From a virus (taxonomy: Duplodnaviria > Caudoviricetes), in IMG/VR virus record IMGVR_UViG_3300030433_001688, positions 1 through 55,166 of that record: DNA of 55,166 nucleotides; one strand, written 5' to 3'. Position numbers and translations under genes: made by a program. The notes beneath the pieces are model-generated. The model saw nothing but the letters and a program-made list of their open reading frames with translations. It was not told the origin of the DNA and did not search any database. Each line of letters begins with the position of its first letter. Position 1 is the first letter of the stretch. This document shows positions 9,392-21,000 of this stretch, piece after piece.

Positions 9392-12300
9392 TGGCTATTG
9401 ATAAACTCATACCGCAGTATCTCAATAAAGATGAGGACGCTAGGCTTATTAAGGGAGTAGAAATGTCAGACGCACTTAACGTGCGTGTATCTCAAGAGCC
9501 TGATGGAGATAGAGGTATTATAAAAAACGTTCTTGGTAATACCGCTATAGCAGCTTCAGGGCTTAGCGAAGCATACCCTACTGGCACAAATAGTGTATTA
9601 GGATCAGTTGCATCAGAAGCTGGTAAATGTATTTACTTTTTTTTATACAACTCAAACGACAATCACGGTATATATCACTATAGCCATGCTACAAATACAT
9701 ATATTAAGATATATGAAAATAGTGCGTTAAACTTTTCTTTAAGCAGCTTCATTAAAGCTGATGTGGTTATAAATCAGTTTGGGGAACACCTTCTGTATTT
9801 CACGGATAACAGAAACGAGCCACGAAAAATAAATGCTACCAAAGCTTTAGAAAACAACTATGATGCAGGCATTGATAATGCTGCTACAGCAGACAATTAT
9901 TTAACTGTATGTAAAGCTGCTCCGCAAACTCCTATTACGTTTGAGTTTTTAAGTATAGAAGGTATTTCTTCTAACGCTTTAAAAAACAACTGCTTTCAGT
10001 TTGCGTATCAATATGTGTATGATGATGGAGAGGTAAGTGCTTTATCACAATACTCAGAGCTTACTGTTAGTAGAACTAACATGGCTCACAACATTACAAC
10101 GCAAAACTTTTTTGAAGATCAGAATAACACGTTAAGACTTACTCTTACTGGATTACAAGGACCAATAGAAAAAATTAGAGTTTTTGCTAGACGTAATAAT
10201 GAGGGTGCATTTTTTAGAATTGATGAGGTAGATCATATAGTTGGTACTCAAACTATAGATTTTGCCAATGATGGGATATACACTTTCTTAGCTGATCAAG
10301 AGGCTAATAAATTATTTGATTCTGTTCCTAGAAAAGCTTTTGCACAAGCGATAAGTAACAATAGATTGTTTTATGGCAATTATTTAGAGGGCTTTGATAA
10401 TATAGAAACTAGGGTTGATATAAATCCTTTTTATAATATTACACCAGAAGACTTTAGTATTAGTGCAGATGAAGCCTTGCTTTTAGAAAGTTTTGGTCCA
10501 GTCGATAGTATCGATTTTATTCAAGTATATAAGTATTTTGCAGGCCTTACTGGTCAAGCCAGTTTGGCATTTACTTCTAATACTTTTTGTCAATTTTTAT
10601 CAACGCCAAATGCAGACAATAGCGCTCTTACATCTTCTGCATCTACAACTGCTCCAGTTACAGTTGATATAGACATAAGCGAATTTTCTGATTTAGATAT
10701 AATACCAGAAGGTAATTTTGTTTGTAGTCTAAATGTAACTTGCGATTCTTTAGCTATGGGAATGTTTACTAGTGCAGGTTTTACGGCTACAGCAAATTTT
10801 CTTACTGAAGATGGCGCTAACCCAGGAAATATTGAAACTTTAACTGGGTATACAAATCTGCCAAGCACATTTGAGTTTTTTTTTCTTGAGAAGTATAATC
10901 CAGATAGCACTAGAGAAAATAGATCTATAAATAGCTTATTTCCTGAAAGCAGTATAGCTTTTGAAACACTATCTTCTTTTACACAAACTTCATCTGGAGC
11001 AGGAAATAGTGCAATAGAAAATTTTGCTAACAAAATAGCAAACTCTTTAAATGGTCTTACAACTGTTGCAATTTTCGGAGGTGCAGGAATAAATGCAAGA
11101 GGTTTTACTGATAACTTACCACCAGAAGTTGTTGCTAACACTAATATGCAATTTCAAGACGTAGACTTAAATATAGGCGGACCTATTACATTTGAGCTTT
11201 ATCAAGGACATTACCTTAATGATAATGGAGTTGATAAAGTTAGATTTCACTTAAGAGTTATTCAAAGTAATCTTACTATCAATAGCATCAGTTTACCAGG
11301 AAATATCTTTTCTACATCGGTTCTTGAGGAAGATCAAAATATTCTTGATGCCTTTCTTGAGTTTTTTTCTGGAGGGAGTATATCAACATCATTTGATGCA
11401 GATGCTATTTTACAAACAGCAGAGCCACTAAGTCAATTTTATGATAATCTTCAATTTGTTCCAATCAATATAGGAAGTCAAAACTTTGCTGCACCTACTG
11501 GTCATACCTTAATAGATAGTTTTTCGGATGGTATAGTAACAGGATATGAAGGTTTTCGTGTAGCATCTTCTAGTATAGATTATGTTACAGAAGACTCAAT
11601 TTCAGGACCTTCATTTAAGGCAGGTGCAGATCATGAATTTGGGATAGTTTATTATGATGAAAAGAATAGACCGTCAGCAGTTCAAAAATTAAATAGCGTT
11701 AGTGTATCACATTTTGGTAAAGAAGACAGGTTTGGCAATAACGGAATAACACATATAGATATAAAAGTACTTCACGATCCTCCTTATTGGGCTAGCAAAT
11801 GGGCGCCTGTATATTCAAAAAATACAACATATGAAAAAATACTTCATACATCGATTATGGAGGCGGCTTTGGGTAGAACAGAAACATATTCTGATCCATT
11901 AGCCCCACAGCAAGGAGACTCTGCTGCTCTTACTAGGCCTATAGAATCTGCTTTAGCTGGCGCTACTCAAGGAACAATCTATCTTTCTATGAGGGCTTTG
12001 GAGGGAAAAAATAATTCTCATAAAGAATCGAAAGGATCTTTGCTTTCTTATGAATATAAAGAGGGCGATATGTTGCGTGTTTTGCAGTGTTTAGATAATG
12101 AGTTAAATATAATTAGACCGCTAGTAGAGTTTCCTATAAGCTTTTACAGGTACTTCCCTGATGATGAAACAAACCCAATAACTTTGTCGACAAGCAGTAC
12201 TTTGCCAAACGAAAATAATTATAGAAGAACAGGATGGTATTTAGGTATACGAGATGAGGGGATCGATAATTTTAATATTTCTTCTGTAGCAGGAGGTACA

Positions 12301-14619
12301 GATTTTTTTCATAATGATTGTATTGTAGAAATTTATAGACCTAAGTCTCAAGTAGAAAATCAAATCTTTTATGAGGTAGGAAAAGCGTTTGATATAGTAG
12401 AAGTAGGTGGTGTAAGAACACACGCAGGAGATAGGCCGAACACAAGCCCTGATCCGTTCCCTTTAACTGTGGACTCAGGTAATACATTTTTTAGCAATCA
12501 AAGGTTATATGTAGGAGATGAAGTTTTGTTTCAACAAATATTGGCTCAAAATGTTTTTGTTACTCAGGTTCTCCCTGTTGAGGGCGGAGGTTTTATGTAC
12601 ACGTTTGAGCCATCCCTAGGTGGACAACTCTCTTCATTTATAGGTCAATCTATACCCCAGAATAGTGCTACTGGAATGTTTTTTGGGGCTATCACTTTAA
12701 CTTTTGGGGATGTATATTTTAGAAAAAGAAGTCTTTTATCTAATGTCAAAGATTCTGATATTAACGGCCAACCAAACCCTGCTAAACCTTCAGATCAATT
12801 TTATAAAAGGTATTACATTGAAGATGAGTCCGTTAGTGACTTCTTTGATTCAAAAGCTGTTGCTATCGGTAGGCCCCATATAGAAATGCCAGAGCAAGCT
12901 GAGATACAAAGAACGTCTTCTGTTACGTATAGCGATGCATTTGCTTTAGATTCTACTAGACTAAACCTATCGTCTTTTAACCCATCTTTATTTCCATTTA
13001 AAGATTACAATAGTCGTGATGGAGATATATGCTTTATGCTAGACAACAGTGAAACTCTAATGGTAATGCAAGAAAACAAAGTTTCTAGCACACCTATAGG
13101 GCGTACACTTATTGAAGATGCTGGTGGAGGACAGCTTGTAACATCTATAAATGTTATGGGTACAGAAACTTTTTATGGTGGTGACTATGGTCCAGGAAAA
13201 CAACCAGAAAGCGTAGTAGAACGTTTTGGTAAAATATACTTTTGCGATGTGGCAAAGGGTGCTGTTGTAGAAATAAGTGGTAAAGGAATTAAACTCATAA
13301 GCGCAATTAATATGGATTCTTATTTCGGAACTAAATTTTCTGATATAAACTCTGTAACCCAAACTGCAAAAATTCCTTGCGGATTAGATCCAGATAACGA
13401 TGAGTATATCGTTACTGTACAAGCTATAGACACACGTAAAATCGATGTGCCCTCAGTTAATGGAGGAACTTTAAGTAATGTTTCGAAGTCTAGCACCACT
13501 ACTTTTAATGATGCTTTATGCGATATTATTTTTAAAGATGGAGGAAACAGCACTTGGGAAAAACTTTCAGATAATTTCCAATTAGAAGATCAAGAGTGGG
13601 ATAACTCTGGTAATGGGGTTATTGTTTTAGATAAACTAGCTGATAGAGGTAGCTGTATCGTTGATAGTGCTCTAAGAACTTCTACAAGTAGTATTAATGT
13701 AAAACTTACTACAAGCAATAGCAGTTTGGGTGGTACAGCTACAGTTTCTTTGAAAGACAATAGTGTTGATTTACCATCATCTGTAACAAAACAATCTGAC
13801 GGATCTTCTATATCCTTGACGTTATCATCGACGAGTGATCATGTAACAGCAGAAACGATAGCTTATTCTACGACAAAAGAGTTTTGGTTGACGTTTTACT
13901 CTTTCCAACCAGAGATGTATGAAAAACTTCATGATAGATTTTTTTCTTTTCTTGATGGAGTTATGTACAGGCACAATATTAACGAAACTAGAAACAATTT
14001 CTATGGAGTTCAAAACAATTCCACACTTACGGTGGTGTCTAGAGCTAATCCTAGTGATATAAAAGTATATGATGCAATGAGTTTAGAAGGTAATTTTTCT
14101 TGGGATGCTATAGTTTCTAACACAAATCAAACTACAGCTACTATGGCTAACAGCGAGTTTGAGCAAAGAGAAGGTTTGTTTTACAGGCAAATAGAAAAAG
14201 ATGCTACATCAAACTCTACTACCAATACATCTCATAAAGTTGTGTTAGGTCAGGTTGCTTCTGTTAGTGGATCTACTATAACATTTACTTCAAAAATTAG
14301 TAACTTGCCGTTTGGAATTGCAGACAGCTTGTTTAAATTAGAAAGTTCATCAGAAACAAATCTTAGTGTTACAATTTCTTCTGTATCTGGAAGAAAAGAA
14401 ATCACCGCTAGCGGTACTGTTTCTGGTCTTTCAGCAGGAGATACGGTTATGGCTGTATCATCAGCAAGTATTAATGGAGATAAAATGAGAGACTATCATG
14501 CTCAAGTTGCTTTAACAAATACAGCTACTACACCAGTAGAGTTGTTTGCTGTAAACATGGTGTACAAATCTTCTCCTTTACATAATAATTCGTCAATTCC
14601 ATCACAAAATAAAAAATAA
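9391..14619 (+). CDS. Large tail nozzle/stabilization protein
   Basis: 1742 aa; N-terminal LNKDEDARL...DALNVRV, LYFTDNRNEPRKIN, FQFAYQYVYDDGEVS, NNRLFYGNYLEG; SFKAGADHEFGIVYYD; C-terminal IYFCD..KGAV, WLTFYSF.PE and GDKMRDY, as in crAss-like stabilization proteins. Confidence 0.75.
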   Translation: MAIDKLIPQYLNKDEDARLIKGVEMSDALNVRVSQEPDGDRGIIKNVLGNTAIAASGLSEAYPTGTNSVLGSVASEAGKCIYFFLYNSNDNHGIYHYSHATNTYIKIYENSALNFSLSSFIKADVVINQFGEHLLYFTDNRNEPRKINATKALENNYDAGIDNAATADNYLTVCKAAPQTPITFEFLSIEGISSNALKNNCFQFAYQYVYDDGEVSALSQYSELTVSRTNMAHNITTQNFFEDQNNTLRLTLTGLQGPIEKIRVFARRNNEGAFFRIDEVDHIVGTQTIDFANDGIYTFLADQEANKLFDSVPRKAFAQAISNNRLFYGNYLEGFDNIETRVDINPFYNITPEDFSISADEALLLESFGPVDSIDFIQVYKYFAGLTGQASLAFTSNTFCQFLSTPNADNSALTSSASTTAPVTVDIDISEFSDLDIIPEGNFVCSLNVTCDSLAMGMFTSAGFTATANFLTEDGANPGNIETLTGYTNLPSTFEFFFLEKYNPDSTRENRSINSLFPESSIAFETLSSFTQTSSGAGNSAIENFANKIANSLNGLTTVAIFGGAGINARGFTDNLPPEVVANTNMQFQDVDLNIGGPITFELYQGHYLNDNGVDKVRFHLRVIQSNLTINSISLPGNIFSTSVLEEDQNILDAFLEFFSGGSISTSFDADAILQTAEPLSQFYDNLQFVPINIGSQNFAAPTGHTLIDSFSDGIVTGYEGFRVASSSIDYVTEDSISGPSFKAGADHEFGIVYYDEKNRPSAVQKLNSVSVSHFGKEDRFGNNGITHIDIKVLHDPPYWASKWAPVYSKNTTYEKILHTSIMEAALGRTETYSDPLAPQQGDSAALTRPIESALAGATQGTIYLSMRALEGKNNSHKESKGSLLSYEYKEGDMLRVLQCLDNELNIIRPLVEFPISFYRYFPDDETNPITLSTSSTLPNENNYRRTGWYLGIRDEGIDNFNISSVAGGTDFFHNDCIVEIYRPKSQVENQIFYEVGKAFDIVEVGGVRTHAGDRPNTSPDPFPLTVDSGNTFFSNQRLYVGDEVLFQQILAQNVFVTQVLPVEGGGFMYTFEPSLGGQLSSFIGQSIPQNSATGMFFGAITLTFGDVYFRKRSLLSNVKDSDINGQPNPAKPSDQFYKRYYIEDESVSDFFDSKAVAIGRPHIEMPEQAEIQRTSSVTYSDAFALDSTRLNLSSFNPSLFPFKDYNSRDGDICFMLDNSETLMVMQENKVSSTPIGRTLIEDAGGGQLVTSINVMGTETFYGGDYGPGKQPESVVERFGKIYFCDVAKGAVVEISGKGIKLISAINMDSYFGTKFSDINSVTQTAKIPCGLDPDNDEYIVTVQAIDTRKIDVPSVNGGTLSNVSKSSTTTFNDALCDIIFKDGGNSTWEKLSDNFQLEDQEWDNSGNGVIVLDKLADRGSCIVDSALRTSTSSINVKLTTSNSSLGGTATVSLKDNSVDLPSSVTKQSDGSSISLTLSSTSDHVTAETIAYSTTKEFWLTFYSFQPEMYEKLHDRFFSFLDGVMYRHNINETRNNFYGVQNNSTLTVVSRANPSDIKVYDAMSLEGNFSWDAIVSNTNQTTATMANSEFEQREGLFYRQIEKDATSNSTTNTSHKVVLGQVASVSGSTITFTSKISNLPFGIADSLFKLESSSETNLSVTISSVSGRKEITASGTVSGLSAGDTVMAVSSASINGDKMRDYHAQVALTNTATTPVELFAVNMVYKSSPLHNNSSIPSQNKK

Positions 14620-14622
14620 ATT

Positions 14623-15492
14623 ATGTCAAACGGACCATTATCAGTAGGACAAGCTCAAGCAATAGGCACAGCAGCAGGTGGCGTAGGTCAACTTGTAGGT
14701 GGTATTGTTGGTATGTTAAATCAAGAGGAGCTAGAAGCAACAGCATCAGCAAATTTAAATACTGCTTTACAAGAGCTAGAAGACCTTAGAGCTTCGCAAC
14801 CATCTTTATCTACACCGTCAGCATATTACGAGGGTGTTAAAGGAGCATATGATCAAAGGCTTTTGCAGATGAGGATGGATGATATAAACAGATCTTTAGC
14901 TACCACAGCGCAAGCCGCTACACAGTTTGGTGCTAGAGGGTTAGGTGCTTTAGCTGGAGCTACAGCACAAGCTCAAAGGGCACAAAGGGAAGAGGCTCTT
15001 ACTCAACAGAGGCTACAATCCGAAGCTCTTATGCAGTTAGGTGCTGCTGAAGAAAGAAGCACTCAGTTGCAAGAAGCTCGTAGCACAAGAGATATAGAAT
15101 TTGCATATGATGCTAAAGGTTTAGCAGAGGCTCAGGTAGCGCAAGCTGAGCAGCAAAGAATCCAAAACATTGCTAACGTAGCTGGGGGTATTGCAGGGCT
15201 TGCTGGAGGTACTATTGGAGCTTTGATGAAAGATGGAGGTATGGTAGGTTACAGAGTAGGTGGTAAAACTAAAGAAGCTCCGTTTGTTACAGAAGGCGAG
15301 TTCGATCACGGCACAAACAAAAAAGCTGTTATTGATGAAGAAAGTGGTGTAAAAGAAGCGGAGCTTACTGGGGGTGAGTATGTATTCAACCCAGAGCAGT
15401 CTGAAACATTATTTAAGTTAGCAAAGGAAGGTGATACTCCACTGCATAAATATTTATTAAAATTATTACTAAGATTCGAGAGAGATGTCTGA
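14623..15492 (+). CDS. Putative internal virion/ejection protein
   Basis: Gly/Ala-rich hydrophobic segments, Gln/Ala coiled coil, MKDGG motif, AELTGGEYVFNP; first of three genes after the nozzle. Confidence 0.6.
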   Translation: MSNGPLSVGQAQAIGTAAGGVGQLVGGIVGMLNQEELEATASANLNTALQELEDLRASQPSLSTPSAYYEGVKGAYDQRLLQMRMDDINRSLATTAQAATQFGARGLGALAGATAQAQRAQREEALTQQRLQSEALMQLGAAEERSTQLQEARSTRDIEFAYDAKGLAEAQVAQAEQQRIQNIANVAGGIAGLAGGTIGALMKDGGMVGYRVGGKTKEAPFVTEGEFDHGTNKKAVIDEESGVKEAELTGGEYVFNPEQSETLFKLAKEGDTPLHKYLLKLLLRFERDV

Positions 15493-18031
15493 ACAAGGTA
15501 CACGATTTAAAACAGGGTTTTTAGCACCCAACATAGACTACGGTGCTATCGGAAGAAATGTTGCAGAGCAATTTTCCAACCCTATCCTTGCTGTAGCTCA
15601 AGAAAGAGCTGCACAAAGGGACGCTAAGATGAAAGCTCTAAACCCTCAAGCTGCTGCAGGGGAGGCTGTACCAGGACAGATCAATCAAAAGTATCAGGGT
15701 GCAGCACAAATGGCTTTGGATATCTATCAGGAAGCTGCTACACGATTTGAGTTAGATCCTAGCGGTGCTAACGAAGCTGCTTTTGTACAGGCTAAAAATC
15801 AATATTTAAGTATCGTTCAAGATGCTAAGTTTGGGACAGAGTTTATAGCTAAAAAAACCGCTGAAATAAGAGGTAATACAGAGCTTGCTGAGTCAGGACT
15901 TTTAGAGGCTAACATACAAGCTATTAATGAGTACGCTATGCCTCCTATATACACAAAGCAGGGTAACGTTGTTATGGTTGGACAAGGTGCCAACGCAATA
16001 GATTACTTTAACTCTGGAGTTACTGCATCAAATGCAGACAATCTGTTTTACGAAACAGGATCTATAGTAGGTGACTATAAGTTTTTAGGTAGTAAAGTAG
16101 GGGCTGAGGTTTTTAATTCTCAGATATCTCCTAAAGCAGGCAAAAGCACAGTAGAAGGTGGATATTATAAGACTCAGGTTGTTGGTAACCAATCTGTTAA
16201 GGTAGGGTTTGATGAAGAAAATTTTTCTGAAGATCTAGCAAAGCAGTATAATGTTTTTGCAAGTAACAACAAAACAATATGGAACGCCACTGCTTTAGAA
16301 GGGTATAAGAGTTTGTATGCTTCAAATAGAGATTTGCAATCTGGAGATCTAGAGTCTATAAACAATACGATGCACCCAGAGCTTTTTGCTATAACAGATA
16401 AAAACGGTAATTCTATATCTAAAGTTACAGGCTTTGAAGCTGACGGCACTCCAATCTATGCTGTTGAAATAGAAAGTATAGATAATTTACGGGATGTTCC
16501 AACAGGAATAAATCTTGATGACATAAAAAACTTTAGGGAAGGAGAAACTATCCATGCAAGAAATTACTACAATACCATAAGTGCACAGTTCCCTCGCCCA
16601 GATGAAGTCGCTGTACGAGAAATGATATCTAAAGCTACGAGTGATACAGACGAAACTATGACTAGGACAATATTTACAGCGTATGAAGGTAAAAGACCAG
16701 CTGCAGATCCTACTTTGACTAATGAATATCCAAACATGAGTGTAGGTAGTGTAGCTAGTGGCGGAAACTTTAGAGATGTAACAGTAAGTAATGTTGGTGT
16801 AGATGTAGAAAAAGCTATTATAGATTTATCTACTGGAAAAGTAATAGGCTATAAGATTGCTAAGAATCAAGACCTTATAGATAAATTATCAGCCATAACA
16901 AACCTTAATCAAGTTGAAACAGATATGTTAGCGCTTCTTACAAAAGAGGCTGATATATACGTAAACTCTTCAACACATCCTAATGCCTTTAATAACATAA
17001 AGGATCAGCTTCAAGCGCAACAAAAAGTAGGTCAGTCTCTTAACTATAATATTTTAATAGAGGAAGCTATAAATCAACTTGGAGTGTCCATTCAAGAGCA
17101 AGCTGAAGATGACAATAAAAAAGATGCTGGAGTAGTTAATGATGTAGCTGGTATGAATAATGGCGGCATAGTTCCTGGCGAAGATTCTAAGCAGCAAGAT
17201 CAAACCACTACAGAACCACAAGCAGATTCTACTCAAGAGGAGACTGTTGAGGGAGAGCCTTTAGAAATGTTAGTGAAAGAAGATTCTGAAGCTATAATAG
17301 ATACACAATTTTCAAATGTAAAATTTGATGCTGACACATCTAGATTTCAAGTCGATGTCCCTGAAGCTATGGTGGGTTCAGAAGAGGCTACACTTGCAAA
17401 TGTTTTAAAAAATGAGCCTGATGCATATGTAGCAGCTGTTGAAGCAGGTTCTATGAAAGAAGGGTTAGGAGATAGAGAAACTATAGAAAAAGGCAGCTAC
17501 TCAAGTGTTAAAAGAATTAAAGAGGTGTTCGGTGATAGTATAAAAAAGTTAGGTTTAAAAAGAAGAGATTTAAAACAACTAGTCAATAACCCAGAGGCAG
17601 TATTTAATACTTTTTATGGGGATGAAAACAAACCTTTCCTTGGTAATACAGAAGAGGGCGATGGTTTTAAGTTTAGGGGTAGAGGTTATTTGCAGATAAC
17701 AGGTAGAGCCAACTATGCAAAAATATCAGAACAACTATTTGGTGATGACAGGCTTGTACAAAACCCAGATTTAATACTTTCACCAGAGTATGCTGAACAA
17801 GCTGCTGCACAGTTCTTGAAAAATAATAAATCAAGAATTGTTAAAAAACTAAACGGTTTTGGATACAACATAGACGAAGAAAACTTATCGCAAGCTGATG
17901 CTAATTTATTGGTAGCTTCGCAATTGTCTGGAGGTAAAGATCCATTGTCTTATGCTATTGGTGTAGAAGGTTTAAAGAAAATGGATGAAGCCACAGGAGT
18001 AGAAAGAGAGTACCCTAATTTAAAATCTTAA
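15485..18031 (+). CDS. Putative ejection protein with C-terminal GH19 (chitinase/lysozyme-like) peptidoglycan hydrolase
   Basis: GNTEEGDGFKFRGRGYLQITGRANY...LVQNPDLI at about 17640-17780 is the phage GH19 signature. Confidence 0.8.
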   Translation: MSEQGTRFKTGFLAPNIDYGAIGRNVAEQFSNPILAVAQERAAQRDAKMKALNPQAAAGEAVPGQINQKYQGAAQMALDIYQEAATRFELDPSGANEAAFVQAKNQYLSIVQDAKFGTEFIAKKTAEIRGNTELAESGLLEANIQAINEYAMPPIYTKQGNVVMVGQGANAIDYFNSGVTASNADNLFYETGSIVGDYKFLGSKVGAEVFNSQISPKAGKSTVEGGYYKTQVVGNQSVKVGFDEENFSEDLAKQYNVFASNNKTIWNATALEGYKSLYASNRDLQSGDLESINNTMHPELFAITDKNGNSISKVTGFEADGTPIYAVEIESIDNLRDVPTGINLDDIKNFREGETIHARNYYNTISAQFPRPDEVAVREMISKATSDTDETMTRTIFTAYEGKRPAADPTLTNEYPNMSVGSVASGGNFRDVTVSNVGVDVEKAIIDLSTGKVIGYKIAKNQDLIDKLSAITNLNQVETDMLALLTKEADIYVNSSTHPNAFNNIKDQLQAQQKVGQSLNYNILIEEAINQLGVSIQEQAEDDNKKDAGVVNDVAGMNNGGIVPGEDSKQQDQTTTEPQADSTQEETVEGEPLEMLVKEDSEAIIDTQFSNVKFDADTSRFQVDVPEAMVGSEEATLANVLKNEPDAYVAAVEAGSMKEGLGDRETIEKGSYSSVKRIKEVFGDSIKKLGLKRRDLKQLVNNPEAVFNTFYGDENKPFLGNTEEGDGFKFRGRGYLQITGRANYAKISEQLFGDDRLVQNPDLILSPEYAEQAAAQFLKNNKSRIVKKLNGFGYNIDEENLSQADANLLVASQLSGGKDPLSYAIGVEGLKKMDEATGVEREYPNLKS

Positions 18032-18034
18032 ATC

Positions 18035-21000
18035 ATGAACGGATTTACAGAAGGTCAAGACAGTATTTTTAATATTGTAACTCGTGCTGGATACACAGGA
18101 ACGGAAGAACAACTTTTTGAAGCAATGAAACAGCAAGAGGCTTTTGATGCTGTGTATAGAATTGTTCAAAGAGCTGGTGTCACTCTTGACGAAAGAGATT
18201 TTATTTACGTGGCTGGCGTAGCCCCAAAAAAAAAAGATTCAGCGCTATCAGCAGAGTACTCTACTCAATTAGGATTTGGTGTAGAAGGTGGAGATTTAGA
18301 TGTTCCAACGGACACTACTGTGCCACCTTCACAAAGAGAGGACGATCTATCACGATTGGCGTCACGACAAGAAGCACTACAAGGTGATTTCTTTGAGAGT
18401 ATATTCGGTAGTAGAACAGATCCAATAGACGACAGTAATTTTACTGGCACAGGCGCTCTAAGGCCAGAAGAAAAAAAAGCATTTCATGAGAAGTCTAGAA
18501 ACGAGTTAGCCGAGCAGTTTTCTACTGAGGGCTTTGTCGCTACAGATGGAGACATAAATTCTGTAGACTACGAAAACTATCACTTAGCAAAGGACTGGTT
18601 TACAAGTAGAGGTATAAACTTAGGCACTCCCGTAGGACCTGGTGATATTGCAAGTTTTAGTAATGAAATTTATGATACACTAAAAGATAACCCTTATGTA
18701 GTTAATACAGGTGCAACAGCAGATGTGTTTGAAACTGTTATTAAAAATAGTGGGTTGCTTATGGAAGATGCTAACTCTACTTTAAATGTAGAGATGAGAA
18801 AGCAAGCTATTGTTTCTAATACATTTGATATAGGTACATATAGTAGTGCTGTTGTAGCTGAGGTTCCTACAATAGACACCGAGGAGGGTGCGAGTTTTTT
18901 TTATGAACCTCACCTCAATCAATTTAACACATCTTACATTCCCACAAGTGAAGAGGAGTTGACTATAGCTCAAGGCATGATGCCAGAAAAGCTGAGCACT
19001 TTTGAAAAGGCATCTGAGTACTATAGTGCTTTTGGAAAAGAGTTAACAACAGAAGAGTACAATAAAGTAGCTGGTTACTATACAGCTAGATCTGAGGTTG
19101 TACAAGCTTTAGATAACAAACGTAAAGTTAGAAATCACATAGAGATTTTTGTAGATGAATTTTCTGGAGCTACTACCAAGGCTCAACAAGATGATGTGTT
19201 AAGCAGAGAAAGAGATAAAGAGGCTACTGTTATATCACTATATAACGAAGCAAATGAAGTCTTGGGTATAGAAAGAAGAGCCTACGATATTTTTGATGTG
19301 GTTATGCAAATGTCTATGGACGAGGTGTTTATGAATGGAGATACTGCAATAAACAGATATAGACAAAGTGCTGAATACTTTGGTAGGAAGTTAGATGACG
19401 AAACGTATTTTAAAAATTTAAACCAAACTGCAGGTATGATAGAGTTTGGATTTATTGATTTGGCTAATATGATAGGCCTTACTAACTCAACTTCTGAAAG
19501 CGTTTTATTGTCAGAAAGAATTAGAACAGGAGATCTAGTAGCAGAGGGAGGTTTCAAAGACATATACGGAAGAGAGTTTGAGCCTGACATGTTTAGCTGG
19601 AATGAGTTGTCTGCAGCTATGAGTCAAAATAAAAGCCTAAGAGAAGGTTTGACTTTTGACGAAATAGAAAAAGGTGTTTTTGGAAATTATATTGACGGAA
19701 ATGTTAGTGCAGCAAATACATTATTTTTAGATGGCGTTGCAGCTGCTGTACCTCAGATTGCTGGTACAATAGTTATGACTATGGCAGGTGCTCCAGAGGT
19801 AGCTTTAGTTGGCTTTGCTGGAAGTGCTTCAGGAAGTGCGTATAGTGATATAAAAAGCAATGCACACTTAACTGAGGGTGAAAAGATTTTATACTCTTCT
19901 CTTATGGGTGGGTTTGAGTATGTGTCAGAAAAAATATTTATGAAGCAAGAGCTTATCTCTGCCAATGCTTTGCGTAAGATGTTTGGTATAGGGGTAAAAG
20001 ATATAGCTCAAGAAACAGCAAAGACAACAGCTAGGAAAGGAGTGAGGGGAGCTATAGGGACAGCTTGGAAAAAGACTACGGGAAATAGAGTGTTTAAGTT
20101 TTTTGAAGAGGGTATAGAGGAAGGGTTGGTTTCTTTTGCAGGTCAGCAACTTACTAATTATGCTGAGCGTACAGCTTTAGATAGAGAGATTTCAGATTTA
20201 CAGACAAGGTTAAATACAGAAGATATAGCTGATGATGTAGCGTCTAATTTAAGATCACAGATAGCAGGCAAAGAAATAGAAAAAACAGATATAAAGTACA
20301 ACTATATTGAAACTCTTGATGCTTTTGCTATAGGTACTGCAGCAGGAAGTTTGCAGATGGGGATTGTACGAGCGCCATCTTTCATAGCTTCAAAGTTTAA
20401 TTTTAAAGATCAGCTAGCTTTAGAAAATAAATACGAAGCTCTACAAAAAAGATTAGCCAATGAAACAAACTCTGAAAAGAAAGCTCAGATAAAGCAAGAG
20501 ATGCTAGAAATTCAGGATCAGATGTGGAGAGTTTCGGCCAGGGACCTTGCTTTTTTAACAGGCATTAGTGATGAGGATCTTACAGAGATTAGTGGATTGA
20601 ATACTCGTATTAGAAAAAACAGAAGGAAAGCTTTTGATACTAGAAAAAATTTAGAGGAGGCAAGAAGTCAAGGCAATCAGGATGCTGTTGCTGTATTTGA
20701 AGCAGAGCTTTCAGCTTTACAGGCAGACACAAAACAGGCTTTTGAAACTAAGTTTAATATAGAGGGTAAGTATTCGCAGAATCAATCTTTCATAGAGCAA
20801 AACTTAGAAGATCCTGAAACTCAAGCTGTTATAGACGAGGTGGGTAGAGTAGATCCAGACATAATAGATTACGGAAGAGTAGGCAAAGGCAATTCAGTAG
20901 AACTTACTGGCGAAAATGCCAATAGCGTTATAGATAGAATTATTAATACTGGTAAGATTATATCTACTAAGTTTTCGTCTCGTGAAGAAATTATACGTGG

